Assembly: GCA_030264375.1 (NCBI GenBank)
Contig: JASCQW010000027.1
Coordinates: 74,041,277 to 74,100,878 of the forward strand
Length of the DNA stretch: 59,602 nucleotides
Origin: Carcharhinus longimanus
Taxonomy: Eukaryota
Reading direction: 5' to 3'
A model generated the notes under the pieces. The model was not told the DNA's origin. It worked only from the letters and a program-made list of their open reading frames with translations, and made no database searches. Shown one piece after another: positions 33,743-46,395 of the stretch (its first letter is position 1; every line of letters starts with the position of its first letter). A program made the translations under genes and the position numbers.

Positions 33743-36511
33743 GAGAAATCAACAGAGGGCCAAATCTTCTTTCTGTGCATGGAAAGACCAGCTTCCTGTC
33801 TTCCCTTTTGTGCTTTGCCCCAATCAGCAAATTTTAAAATGCCACAAGGTTCTTAATAACTTTGTGGAACCCCAGTTGGCATTGCTACTTGAAGTTTTTC
33901 CCTGTGTTAGGTCGGCCACCTAACAAAAAGGACTTAGCAGTTGAATGCTAAGTCTTTGCGTGATTATTTTGACCATGCCAACAACATTCTCTCAAATGTA
34001 TACTCCCTGATCACAAAAAATAACAGCAAGAGCTTGCATTCGTATCGTACAAAAAGGCACTTCTTGGGAGCAATTATCCAACCAAAATTTTCATTTGGAA
34101 AGGTGACGGAAAGCTTGGTCAAAGAAGGCAGATTTTTCTCCTTCTCAAGGACAACTAGGGATGGGCAATAAATGCTGGCCAGCCAGCGATGCCGATGTCC
34201 CACGAATGAATACAAATAAAGATTTTAAGCAGGAGTGAGAGATAGAGGAGAGGANNNNNNNNNNAGAGCTTAGGCCCTCAACAGCATAAAACAGTTCTCT
34301 CCATTTATCCTATCATTCCCTTTCGAAATCCTAAACCTCAATCCTCTCAATATCAGGGAATATACGATTTGGAGATTGTGGCTCAAACAGCTGCAATTTC
34401 CTCACCTACTTAATTTAAAATCCTGAAGTGTAAACCATCAGATCCTGGGTCATTAACACCATAATACCTTCTGATACTGTTTTCTTGCCTGTGCTACCTT
34501 CAATGAACTCCAGTCTTTGTGTCAATATTAATTTCTCTGGCTATTACATCTTCTTCTACTGTGAATACTGAAAGGAAGTAATTACTGTAAGCCTGCCACA
34601 TCCTTATTCTCATTTGCAATATTACCTGCATCTGTTTTTAAAGGGTCCACATTATGCCTGACTACCATTTTTCTTCAAATATCATTCAAAAAATGTTTGA
34701 TCTTGATATCCTTTGCATGTTTCATATTGCTTTTTGTGGCTCTTACCATCATTTCTGTCTTCCTTTGTTGTTCTTTGCAGCTTTCCTAGTCCCTTTGTGC
34801 ACACTATTGTTTGCACATGTATATCTTCTTTATGCTATCTCTCACCTCATCTGTCAATCATGGCTGTTTTATTTAGTTAGGAGAGATCTTTCTCCTGAGG
34901 GAAAGAATGCAGTGACCCTATATCAATCTAAATTCTTCTTTGAACACCTCCCACTGTTCATTTATAATTTTACACAGTCTCCTGTCATCTTATTGAAATA
35001 GTCTTTGCAAAATCTAGAATCTGAGTAACTTTTCCAAACTGACATTGCGATCGCCATGGGATAAGTGTTGCTTTTCAGTGAGCTTATTGTTGTTGATTCT
35101 AGAACATATTGCTCCAGAAATCTATCTTCAACACCATCAAGAAATTAATATTTTTCTGACTTGAACATCTGCTCATGCCTGGTTATAAGAAAATCCGAAT
35201 ATCCCAATAGGACTCTTTCTCTTTCTCCGAGCCGCGCTAATGTTTGAATTAATGTATTATTTCATTGCTGCTATCAAGAGGTCAGGAGAATTACAGATTT
35301 ATTCCACTTTTATCCCTCAATTCTAACCATGTAGTTGCTGATGATTGCTTTTCTTTACCTGCGTGCTCTCATACTAATGCTGTAATAGTATTTGTGAACA
35401 ATAAGACTAATCCCTCTCCTCTTCCAGTTCCTCTATCCTTTTTTAAGCCCTTATGGCCTGGACATTTTAATTCACTAGCATGACTGTTCTTCAGCCACAT
35501 CTTCATAATGGCCACCATGTTAATCCTCTCAGCTATATTTGGCCCTGTAAATCACTCAGTTTACCTTTTATTACATAAAATCTTCACATTGAGAAGAGAT
35601 CCTAACTTGTCCTTCTGCCTGGATGCTGCCTTTCTTGCACCATTTGATTCGACCTCTTTCTTATTTGTCACTCCTGGGTAACTTGATCAGTAATCCCTTC
35701 ACCTAGAGGTAAAGAAAGATAGAAAAATTGACGGCCTGAATCTTCTGAGCAGCTGTGTGCTGTGGCCCTCGTGACCTGACACTGTTGTGCACTTCATCTT
35801 CCGATCGTGGCTGTCAATGTAATGCACAATGCACTTTATCAACCCCAAGTTGGAGTGAAGTCAGGGGAAGACAGGGCACATCCCTTTTTAACAGTATTTG
35901 CCATGTATTCTCTGTGGTAAGTTTCAAGATACAGGGTGTGATTTCACCCTGCCCAGCAGAGGGTGAGCCCCACTCTGGCAAATTCCCTGGCAGCAGGACA
36001 AGCAAACCATGCAAAACACCATCGACATTGGCAGCCAAAGGCAAGCTGCCTCTGATCCAGAAAACAAGCTGGGGGGAACAAAAGGCTGGGGTGGGGAGGG
36101 GGTGATGGAGGGGGGGTGGTAGAGGTGATTTGGGATCACATCCACCCATTGTGGATTACTGAATGAGTGAGTGGAATGGAAAGCACTAACCACTCGAGTT
36201 TCTTTGCTCTATTGTTTCATCACAGCCCACAGACCTTCTTTTATGCCATCTGCTATGTCTTGGCAACCATCTCCTCCACATCTCCCCAACACCCTGGCCA
36301 CCCCCATGTAAACCCCACATGGCATGATATTAGCAGGGTGACCCAGCATATCAGAACACCATCCGCTTCTTTGTTCTAAAGTGGCTGAGGCAAACATTGT
36401 AAAGCCACACTTCCAGCATGGTGTTTTGTTGAAACCGGAGTGCAAGGAGAATGCACTGATTTGAGTCACATCTAGTATTAACATAATTTGCAGAAAACTT
36501 TAAAAATATTT

Positions 36512-36788
36512 GCACGGTGACACAGTGGTTAGCACAGCACCAGGGACCTGGGTTTGATTCCTGGCTTGGGTCACTGTCTGTGTGGAGTTTGCACATTCTC
36601 CATGTGCCTGTGTGGGTTTCCTCCAGGTACTCCAGTTTCCCCCCACACTCTGAAAGACATGCTGGTTAGGTTGATTGACCTGAACAGGCGTTGGAGTGTA
36701 GCGACTAGGAGAATTTCACAGTTACTTCATTGCAGTGTTAATGTAAGCCGTACTTATGACTAATAAATAAACTTTAACTTTTAACTTT
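36512..36788 (+). mobile_element. HE1/V-SINE-type SINE
   Basis: gcacggtgacacagtggttagcac...gggtttgattcctggcttgggtcactgtctgtgtggagtttgcac; same tail as the 6902 copy. Confidence 0.85.
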
Positions 36789-37344
36789 ATATGAAAGCAG
36801 AAAGACAATTCTGGGACTAAATGTCTATTGTTGACAGCAATGACCTTGGTTCAGTCATCCTCTAAGAATTATCAGTAGCCTTCTGTAATTTACTTTATTA
36901 TATTCATTATGACAGGGATGACAGGGAATAATGTTCAGAGGTGTTCTGTGAAATGTGATATGTGCGAAAAGATCAAAAGTTCTGCCTGTCTTCAAAGTGC
37001 TGACAGGTTGAAATCTGAATATCTTTGTGGAGAATGAGGATTGTAGAAGAGAATGGGTAAGGGTGTTCATTTAAGGATTACTTTTAAAATCTGATTTATA
37101 AAGGAGACCATATTTTCATTGAAATTAGAGATGTCTACTTGTCTACATGTCTCTTTTTCCTAAATATGTATTATTCACTTTACCTTTAGTCATTTGGTCA
37201 AATTTAAAAATAAGGAGAAGCATTAACCAAAGGGCTGATGCTTCCCTCATGGGTGAATTGGCTGAGGAGAAACTGACTGTTAGTGGAATAGTGACTCACT
37301 GTGTACGAGGTTAAAAGCAGTGTTATCAGAGGCAGAGACAAGCC

Positions 37345-37442
37345 TTCCAACAAAGGGTTATCCAGACTCGAAACATTGACAGTGTTCTCTCTACACAGAT
37401 GCTGTCTGACCTACTGAGATTTTCCAGCATTTTCTGTTTATA
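37345..37442 (+). mobile_element. Penelope-like terminal repeat fragment
   Basis: aagggttatccagactcGAAACattgac...cagatgctgtctgacctactgagattttccagcattttctg; family of 1092-1212. Confidence 0.5.
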
Positions 37443-38279
37443 TTCCTCCTGAGCTACTTATTACGGGTCTTGCATTTAGAGAAAATGGTACAAAAAATGG
37501 AGGCAGTTTAACTGGACATGAAATAACACATGAAGGGAGAATGGCTATTGTTGACTTTCATTTGGAGAGCTGTCCTAATCAATAATTTATATCCCTTTTA
37601 TTTATGTGCTTTTTAAATTGAAAGTTATTCGAAGAATACTTGACACTGTATGATGCTGAAATGTGTGTTGGTTGCCAAGTAACCAAAGATAAATCTGCTG
37701 ACATGGTAGCTTTCCATTCCTTTTAAGGCTGTATTTTCTTCAATATAAAGTTCAGTGGAAATGTAGATGCAAGTAAACTGAAGGTGGATGGAAACTGATA
37801 ATGGATCTTACTTCTTTTTCTGCAGCGTGTTTAATCTTGCTGTTGTACATAAACGTGTTTTGAATAATTATGGTGAGAAAGGCAGCTTTTAAGAACCAGC
37901 AGGACCAGAGTAAAACTCAAGCAAGAGAAAATCTAGTAGAACCATCACAGGAAGAAGGGAATGATGGAGATAAATGGAAAGATAAGCTGAGTTTAATGCA
38001 TTCAGATCTTTTATAATTATTTGAAGAAAGGGCAAGACTACTTAGGGTAGTTCAGAATGTAAAAGAAAAACCACATCAGCAAACAAATGACTTTGAAAAT
38101 AATTAAATACCTCAGTAAAATTGTGACTACTTGCCCAATATGAATTGAAGATTTCTAACAAATCATATTGATTATATCGTAATTACTGTGCAGTTCTTAT
38201 TTTGAGAATTTTGACAGAATAGTAATTATTATGATGTCTAATGAACAATGACATAATTAATATCCAAGCAAAATCCAAC

Positions 38280-38446
38280 GATGTGCAGGGTAGGTGGATT
38301 GGCCATGTTAAATTCTCTTAGCGTTAGAGGGCTAGCAGGGTAAATATGTGGGATACGGGAATAGGGTCTGGATAGGATTGTTGTTGGTATAGACTTGATG
38401 GGCCCAATGGCCTCCTTCTGCACTGCAGGGATTCTATGATTCTATG
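38280..38446 (+). mobile_element. 3' half of HE1-type SINE
   Basis: gatgtgcagggtaggtggattggccatg...aatggcctccttctgcactgcagggattctatgattctatga. Confidence 0.75.
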
Positions 38447-39212
38447 AATATTTATTTGAAATTTATTGGCAGAATCTCCTTTCAAAGTTTCCAATGCAAT
38501 GGGCAGTTACAGAAACATAGCAAATTCTTGGGGCCAAGTGCATCAAGAACATTTGTTTCATGTCCCCAGTAAGACAAATTGTTCTCCCCTCCTCGATCCA
38601 CTGAAATACCATCATGTGATTAAATATGTGAAGAATTAAGTCTGTAGAATTTTCACACATCACATTAATAATGAGTCATATCAAAAAATACTATGCTTCA
38701 ATGAAACTGATATTTTGCTACAATGGTTATATGCAGGATTTCTGCATTTGATGACTTTTTCCAAAGGCTCCACATTTGGCTAGAGCTCCTTAGCAAAGGA
38801 TTTTTAGGCTTGTGCCTTAATCCAGCCCGGACGACTGTCTGATTTCAGTTTCCTGTGATGCAGTGTGAAAAAATAATGTTGGGCATCCTTCTGGAATTGT
38901 ACTCCATGTGGAAAAAGTACACCTACTGTACTGTTAATTAGGAAAACCTAGGATATCAATATTGTAATGATGAAGGAATGGTGTGGAAAAGTTTGGGTGA
39001 TGTGTCACCTAGCCAGTATCTTGACATTACCATGTGCCTGCTGCCTTTTTCCTTCTGGGTGGTGGAATAGCGTGTCCATCAGTACGTTGTGAAAATCTCA
39101 GAAAAACAATTGAAATACAAATCGTATAAATGTCCCAGCAATCTCTGTGCAAAAGGTTCTTTGTACTGTGCGTGTACTGGATGTTAACTCTGCTTTGATA
39201 TGTGATGATCAT

Positions 39213-40570
39213 TGTTGCATTACCTCGCTCTAGATGAATACAAACAAAACTGAAGGGCAAGCATAGAGGTTGGAAACAGAACTTTACTGGCGGTTTCTTC
39301 TTGCTGCAGCTGATATTGACTGCTACAGATTGACTAAGATGGTTGCCACATGATATTGCATCACTTCCTGTGATTACATAAATACATAAACATATGTTTC
39401 AATGATTATATTCAAAACACTAACAAACACACAACCTGAACATTCTCCTTCCCTTAAATAACAACCCGATATGGTATACTATTCATACAAATATTAATAA
39501 GCAAACTTTATGAAAAATAACAGCCATAGCATGATTTAACGTGGGACATTCAAGTCATTACAGGGACATTCGAAAGCCACTTTTCAAGATGTTGCCTATG
39601 TTTCGTACTTTCAGAAATATATTTGTTGTTGACCGAATCAGCTAATTTTTGTGTGATGTGTGACTGTGCTCTCAAATTCTCCGTCCTCTCCTCCTGAAGA
39701 TTGTGTTTGAAAAGATTGTTGCTGCTTTGCTTCTTGTCTCCTCGCTTGCAAAATTTTTATGGGCATGTGTTGGTGGCTTCACACATGGCGAGCAGAGAAT
39801 TCCCTGAGGTGAAGATGGATTTCCTCGCAATACCACACTGCGCAGTACCACAACATTTTGTATTGTTACCATACGCAGATGTGGTTCTTTGCACTGTTGT
39901 GCCAGAATCCATGTCTGTTCTTGTGGTGTGCAGATCCTTCACCTTCTGACCAGTGTACAGTGCTGGTGATATCTGCACCTGCATGCATGTTATGTATGCC
40001 TTTTGTCTTCTGTCATTTCTCATACAAGCAGCCTGGCATCAAAAATGATTTGGTGAGATGATGGATTGGTAGTGTGGTTCTCATAGGCCACCGAAGCAGA
40101 ATCTCAGCAGCTGATGGAAATCCAGGGTCTAGTGAAGCTGTGCCAAGATACAATCATACGACTTGGATATCTTGCCCTGTTGCTGAACATTGCTTGATCA
40201 GCAGTTTAACTGTCCTGACCACAGGTTCAGTCATCCCATTGAAACAAGGATATCAGAGTGAAGAGGTGATACAATTGATGGACTTATTTACACTGATCCA
40301 GGAATTACTTTCCCTTGTATTGTGGGCTGTTTTTGGATAACACTTCCATCAGGGTACAAAAGAGATTAAAGATGGCAGCAAGAGTGCTGGAAACTGTTGC
40401 ACTCATTGTGTCCTGGAGTTTCTGATCAATTGCAAGATTTGGAATGACAGCAACAAATAATCTTCTCTTCCCATAGTGAACAGATTTATTACTATCTTAG
40501 TCGATGTTGATGATGGTATATCAGACAGTTGGAGAGTTGATGAACTTGATACGCATCACGAGATCTCACC
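39213..40570 (-). mobile_element. Gypsy-type LTR retrotransposon remnant (integrase, PPT, LTR)
   Basis: Minus-strand integrase-like TKIVINLFT/YGKEDYLLL near 40450-40505; purine tract ttaagggaaggagaa (~39444-39458) next to an LTR-like segment at ~39213-39440. Confidence 0.55.
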
Positions 40571-41334
40571 ATTTGGTCATAGAATCATAGAATATCTACA
40601 GTGCTGAAAGACCCCATATCTAGCGTCTGCCATTAAGGCTGCAGTTAACGAACCTGCACTCTGTGCTCCCAGCCTGGCTGGCTCTATTGTGGGGTAGGTA
40701 AATCCGAGCACCCTCATACCTTTCATGGAGATAGGCCAGCTTCTCCAAGACATGGATCATGGATCAAGGAATTGTGATTTGGGAATCTTTTGAAAGATAA
40801 GATCAAAAGGTCATATACCACCGCTCCCCACTCTTAGTCCTCATATCCCCTGTGCCTGCTCAGTGCTGATTCATGACCTTTCCATGTCTATTTGCCCAGT
40901 AATCATTATGCACATAAAAATGAGCCATATAATAATAATGGGAAATGTGGAACTGTTGAGGGGAAAAAACAATATTCAGAAATGTTCTTTGGAAATAAAC
41001 TGCAATTCCCCCTAGTATTCATGGACTATTGAAGTATCAATAATAGAGGCTTCAAACACTTCACACCTAATCTTGTTCTAATAAACATTGAGAAATTGAC
41101 AGAAGATATCACAGAGAACAGCCTATTATAACCGCTTCAATGTGTCAATCAAGGAAAGCAAATTATCCTCTTCACTTATCAAAACAGAATCTCTTCTGAG
41201 CTTGTGCTTTGCCTGCTTTGCTGAAGATCCACACCAATAACACAGCCTGCCAAGCAGAAAATGATCCATTTGTCTCTGGCTTGTCCTCTGTCCATTACTC
41301 AATATTCTATCTAGAGCAATAAATTGCTCAACAT

Positions 41335-41910
41335 CCCAAGACCCCTATTTTTTACCTGACACCTTATTGACTGCCTTCTGAAAATTGAAGTATACAACAC
41401 CCACTGATTCTCTCAGCTGCTCTGCTTGTTATATGAAAAATTTCTAATACATTTGTCAAGCACAATTCCCCTTCCATAAAACCGTGTTAATTTTGCCTAA
41501 TCATATAGTGCTTTGTAAGAGCCCTATTACCATGTCTATCACGAAGATTCTGGCATTTCTGCGATTGTGGATGTCAAGCTAACTGGCCCAGGATTCAATG
41601 TTTTCTCTCTCCCACCTTTCTTGAACAGTAGCATTACGTTTGCTGCTTTTCAATCCACAGGCATCATTCCTGAATCCAGGGAATTCCGAAAAATTGAAAT
41701 CAGTAAGGCCCTTGCAGCCTTCCCTTTTAAAATTCTAGGATGCAGACCATTAGAATTGTGAATTTGTCAAATTTAGTTCTATTTTAATCTCCAGTACCTT
41801 TTTATTGACTAAGTAATTACTTTAAGTTCCTTATTCTCATTCGTCCCATGCTGCCCCACAATTTCGAGTATTTCCTTTGTCTTTTTATGTGAAAACAGAC
41901 ACACACTTGA
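41335..41910 (-). mobile_element. Old CR1 LINE RT remnant
   Basis: Reverse-strand degenerate CR1 ORF2 (…GRESIEPGPVSLT…HGFMEGK…DFQKA…KV). Confidence 0.6.
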
Positions 41911-42693
41911 ACATTAGGTCACCATGTCACCTTTTGAGCTAGATTGAAAAAAGTCCTATTTCCTCAAGTTTCTCTTCATAAATATAACACCGTTATTTGT
42001 GAATCCAAGCTGAAAAATTTCAATTACTTCTCTATCATTGACAAAATGTTGTATAGATGATTCAAATATGACCTAACTTAAGCTTTGAGTATATTTGGCG
42101 AGAGCTAATTTTTGTTTTCTATATCTGTAGATACAGATCAAAATTGTCTCTTGTCTTTTTAGTAGTGTCATCTGTTTGTATTGCCATCTTTGACCCATGT
42201 ATTTGTACAGACAAGTCCCTCTGTCCTGCTGTTTTTAAGATCTTTTTATTTAAAGTTTATGTTCTTTGCCTATTCCTATTTCAAAAAGATATTACTTTTT
42301 TTCTACATTTGAATTGTATCTGTTTTCCATCCTGTTGCTTCGTACCTTCATGTGGTCTTTCACAAACCTTGTCCCAATTTGTCTGCTCTGCAATTTCACA
42401 TTGTCAGCAATTTTCAATCCCAGCAGCAGTGCAGATATCTGCAACTTTCCAGCCCAAGAACTTTTATTGTCATCCACTGCTTTCTGCACTCACAACAATT
42501 TTCTCTTCAAGGAACCATTTGCCTTAAGCTTGCTGTGCTGTTCCCTCTGCCATAAATTGCATATTTCACATTGTCAAATGTTTTACAAAAGCCCATGGAA
42601 GTCACATCCTGACTGACAACAGATTCTTTAATGGTGTCTTTAGATAAAACGGCAAGCGGTTATATCATTCAAAATTAAACCTGGAGCATGAAT

Positions 42694-42767
42694 CATGATG
42701 TGGAGATGCCAGCGTTGGACTGGGGTAAACACAGTAAGAAGTCTCACAACACCAGGTTAAAGTCCAA
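42694..42767 (-). mobile_element. Penelope-like terminus running into a gap
   Basis: gatgtggagatgccagcgttggactggggtaaacacagtaagaagtctcacaacaccaggttaaagtccaa, nearly identical to 56585-56656. Confidence 0.65.
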
Positions 42768-43839
42768 NNNNNNNNNNNNNNNNNNNNNNNNNNNNNNNNN
42801 NNNNNNNNNNNNNNNNNNNNNNNNNNNNNNNNNNNNNNNNNNNNNNNNNNNNNNNNNNNNNNNNNNNNNNNNNNNNNNNNNNNNNNNNNNNNNNNNNNNN
42901 NNNNNNNNNNNNNNNNNNNNNNNNNNNNNNNNNNNNNNNNNNNNNNNNNNNNNNNNNNNNNNNNNNNNNNNNNNNNNNNNNNNNNNNNNNNNNNNNNNNN
43001 NNNNNNNNNNNNNNNNNNNNNNNNNNNNNNNNNNNNNNNNNNNNNNNNNNNNNNNNNNNNNNNNNNNNNNNNNNNNNNNNNNNNNNNNNNNNNNNNNNNN
43101 NNNNNNNNNNNNNNNNNNNNNNNNNNNNNNNNNNNNNNNNNNNNNNNNNNNNNNNNNNNNNNNNNNNNNNNNNNNNNNNNNNNNNNNNNNNNNNNNNNNN
43201 NNNNNNNNNNNNNNNNNNNNNNNNNNNNNNNNNNNNNNNNACTTCTTTGCAGTGTTAATGTAAGTCTACTTATGACACAAATAAATAAGCCAAACTCTTT
43301 GACTCGAATCAATAAAGCAAATAACCCATTTTTAGAGGGACAGCTTCAATGCATGATACAGTTGTGTACAAACCAATGGATGACACGTTAAAAAAGAATG
43401 TGTTACAAAGTAACAACACCTCTTGAGTTGTTGATGATGTGAGCGTTATTAATTTGTCTAACCCTGTTGAGCTGTCTTGAAACACAGTTATGCTTTGTTC
43501 TGCTAGCAGAGTTGAGGGGTGATCTGGCAGGCAGCAGATGCTGCTGACTATCACATGCTTCAGTGATGGTACTTCATATGACTCTAGTGTTACTGAACCA
43601 AGTGACTCATGCTGCAATGGTATGGGCTTTTATCTCACTGTTTCAGGAAGTACCAGGAGTAGGTTTGCATCTTCACACAATAATTCACCAGGGAAGTTGC
43701 CTGCTTTTTATAGACCCACCTCATTTTAATTCCACTGAATCCTGTAAAGGGAACATCTTCCACTTTACTATTTCATCCCCTACAGAGTAAAGCTGAAAAA
43801 AAAATCAAAGGTGACACGTGGATAAACTTTTTTACATAA

Positions 43840-44112
43840 CGAATGGATAGGGTGGATGGTCAGAGGCTTTTTCCCAGGGTGGAAGGATCAACTACAAGAA
43901 GGCACAGGTTTAAGTGTGGGATAGTATGTCCAGGGGAGACATGTGAGAAAGCTTTTCACATAGAGGGTGGTGGTGCCTGGACCGCACTGCCATTGGAGGT
44001 GGTGGGAGCAGACATGTTGGCAACGTTCAAGGCGCATCTTGATAGACACATGAAAGAGATAGAAATCGATCAGCGCAGGCTTGGTCCTGTGCTGCATCAT
44101 TCTTTGTTGTTT
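43840..44112 (+). mobile_element. CR1 LINE 3' end
   Basis: MDRVDGQRLFPRVEGSTTRRHRFK...AWTALPLEVVGADMLATFKAHLDRHM. Confidence 0.8.
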
Positions 44113-45349
44113 GAGTTGTTAAAATCTGGCACTAGCTCAGAATGTGGTAGAGGCAGATTCAAACTGTGGATTTCAAAAAGGAATTGGATAATTATCTAAA
44201 GAGAAAAAAGGCACAGGACCACAGGAAAAGGCAGGGAATGAGACTGGATGAATTGCAGTGCCGAGTGTTAGCAGTATCATGACACGGTGAATGGTCTCCT
44301 TCTCTTGTTAACTATTTTATTCTACAATTTATAACTTGCTTATATATTCTGTAGTGTTGCATGAGACTTTGTACAAGTCAATTTGCACAGACCATCTTGT
44401 GTAATTAATGATTTGGGCTTCTCGATCATGAGAAACGCAGCTCGATTTCGAACATGATAAATATTAAAGTCATGTGTGTTTTTTATTGCATCCTCCCTAC
44501 ATCAGGCTGTTTGATAACATTTTATTTCATTTTGAATGTACTCAATTGTTCCAATTTGTCATTCCTCTGATAGTTTTGGATGAGCAATGCAGCAATAGCA
44601 GGCAGCCCAGTTACCGCACCCCCAACCCATACCCGCAGCAACCAGCCTGCCCCACCCATCCTCTGCACGATCTCTACCGAGGCATTGTATTTATGAATCG
44701 AGCCCAAGCCTCACGCCACCAAAAGTGTTGGAAAATGCTGTAATTTCAGTTGAGATGCTTCACTTTGTTCAGTAATATTTAATTTTAGCACAGTCATGAT
44801 ATGAAAATCTACCTACAGAAAGAAAAATCACATCCAATTTCCAGATTTGAAGGGATATTGTCTGGATTTGGAGAGTTTTGGGAATAGCCTGTTTTGAAAA
44901 TTGGCCATTCAACTGCTAATGTCGCACAATGTCGCACAACCTGCTGATCTGATCCCATTAATTTACTGCCACACAAGTCAAATTAAAATTGTAAATATCT
45001 TTTGTCTAAAGTTTACAGAACAACTGCAACACTGGTTGCCTTACTGAGTTTGTCTGTTTACTGTTTTATCAATATCAGAGCATGCCTTAAAAAAACAATT
45101 AAACCTGAGAATTTGCACGTTTCATGAGCAAAGCTAATGTGATTTACTGCACCTGAATGAAAATCAGCTCAAATAGGGAGGGAGGATCCGAGTGTTTGAC
45201 ACAAGAGTCAGGCAGTGGAGAAACTTATTGAACCATGGTGATAGAAATGAGTATGATAAGATCAGTCTTGTGAATCCAATGACAGCGGTCTGACCACACT
45301 AAGAAGTTACAAGCCCAGGGGTGGGTTTACAGTGAAGCACACCATGCCT

Positions 45350-46395
45350 CAATCGCGGAGATGGGGGATGCCCATCTGCGAACACTCAGCTGGCCTGATC
45401 GATATTTGAAAAATGTGGTGGAGCTACTCACCCAATCATAAACTCAAATTAGTCGGGATCAGTCTATCCACAGCAAATGGACAGTGAAAGCAGACTGTGA
45501 TTGCATGAGAAGGCAAGAGTGGGAGTTATCAACAAGGAAAAAGTTCAAATGGTTGAATTGATGTGGAGGCCAGCAGCAGGCAGGGTGAAAGCAGCATGGC
45601 TGGCAGCGGGTGGGTTGGTGGTAGCGGAGCCCAGTCCAGCAGCAGGCAGGGTGAAAGCAGCATGGCTGGCAGTGGGTAGGCAGGTGGTAGCGGAGCCCAG
45701 TCCAGCAGCAGGCAGGGTGAAAGCAGCATGGCTGGCAGCGGGTAGGCAGGTGGTAGTGGAGCCCAGTCCAGCAGCAGCGAGACCCCGAGCACATCAGCAA
45801 GCCACAGGTGAGGCAATGGATAGAGGTTAGGCAGCAGAGCAGACAGAGGACTCCGCAGTAAGGTAGCAAATTCTCTGCAGAGGCAATTGTTTTTATAGAC
45901 ATCCCACAGTTGGTGTCCTTCACATTGGCCTCTAAAATCTCAAGAGCCAGTCACCTAGACAATGACTCAGGGATGGAGACCGAGGTGGCAGACACCCAGT
46001 CAGAGGTCACCACGAAGGATGAATTCCAGTCGTGGCTCCTCGACATTCTTTACAGAAGAGGCATTCACCTCGCCATTACGCACTCTCTGACCAGACCCTT
46101 CAAGCGATGGAGATGAGGCCATAGACAAAGAGCATCATGGGAGTGAGGTGAAACCCTGAGACTCTGGAGGAGAGGCATGTGATAATCTTCACAAGGCCTG
46201 TGAGTCTCGCTGAATATGAGTTCCCCTGATAACAGGCAGTGGCTTGCTCAGCTAGAACTCATTGCCTGAGCCTTTTATAATGCAGGCCTAAGATTGGGCC
46301 TGCTGAACTATAGTCCCTGGCACCATGATCATGGTTTTACTTTGCAGTCTGTAATAAATGATGTTCCTTTCCAGTCAGGTTCCCTGAGTCATTAC
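45350..46395 (+). mobile_element. Decayed Gypsy 3' region plus LTR-like segment
   Basis: atcgcggagatgggggatgcccatctgcgaacactc resembles the integrase AELLMGRRLRT region; purine tract ggaggagagg precedes TGTGATAATC (~46178); AATAAA near 46353. Confidence 0.45.
45570..45777. repeat. 66-bp minisatellite, ~3.1 copies
   Basis: Unit ccagcagcaggcagggtgaaagcagcatggctggcagcgggtaggcaggtggtagcggagcccagt repeated three times at high identity. Confidence 0.9.

Noticed and set aside
44920-44940. Short tandem duplication gtcgcacaat/gtcgcacaac
   Set aside because: Ordinary 10-bp slippage duplication with no further structure.
45459-45923. Cys-rich keratin-associated-like protein ORF
   Set aside because: By-product of the 66-bp tandem repeat; no gene context.
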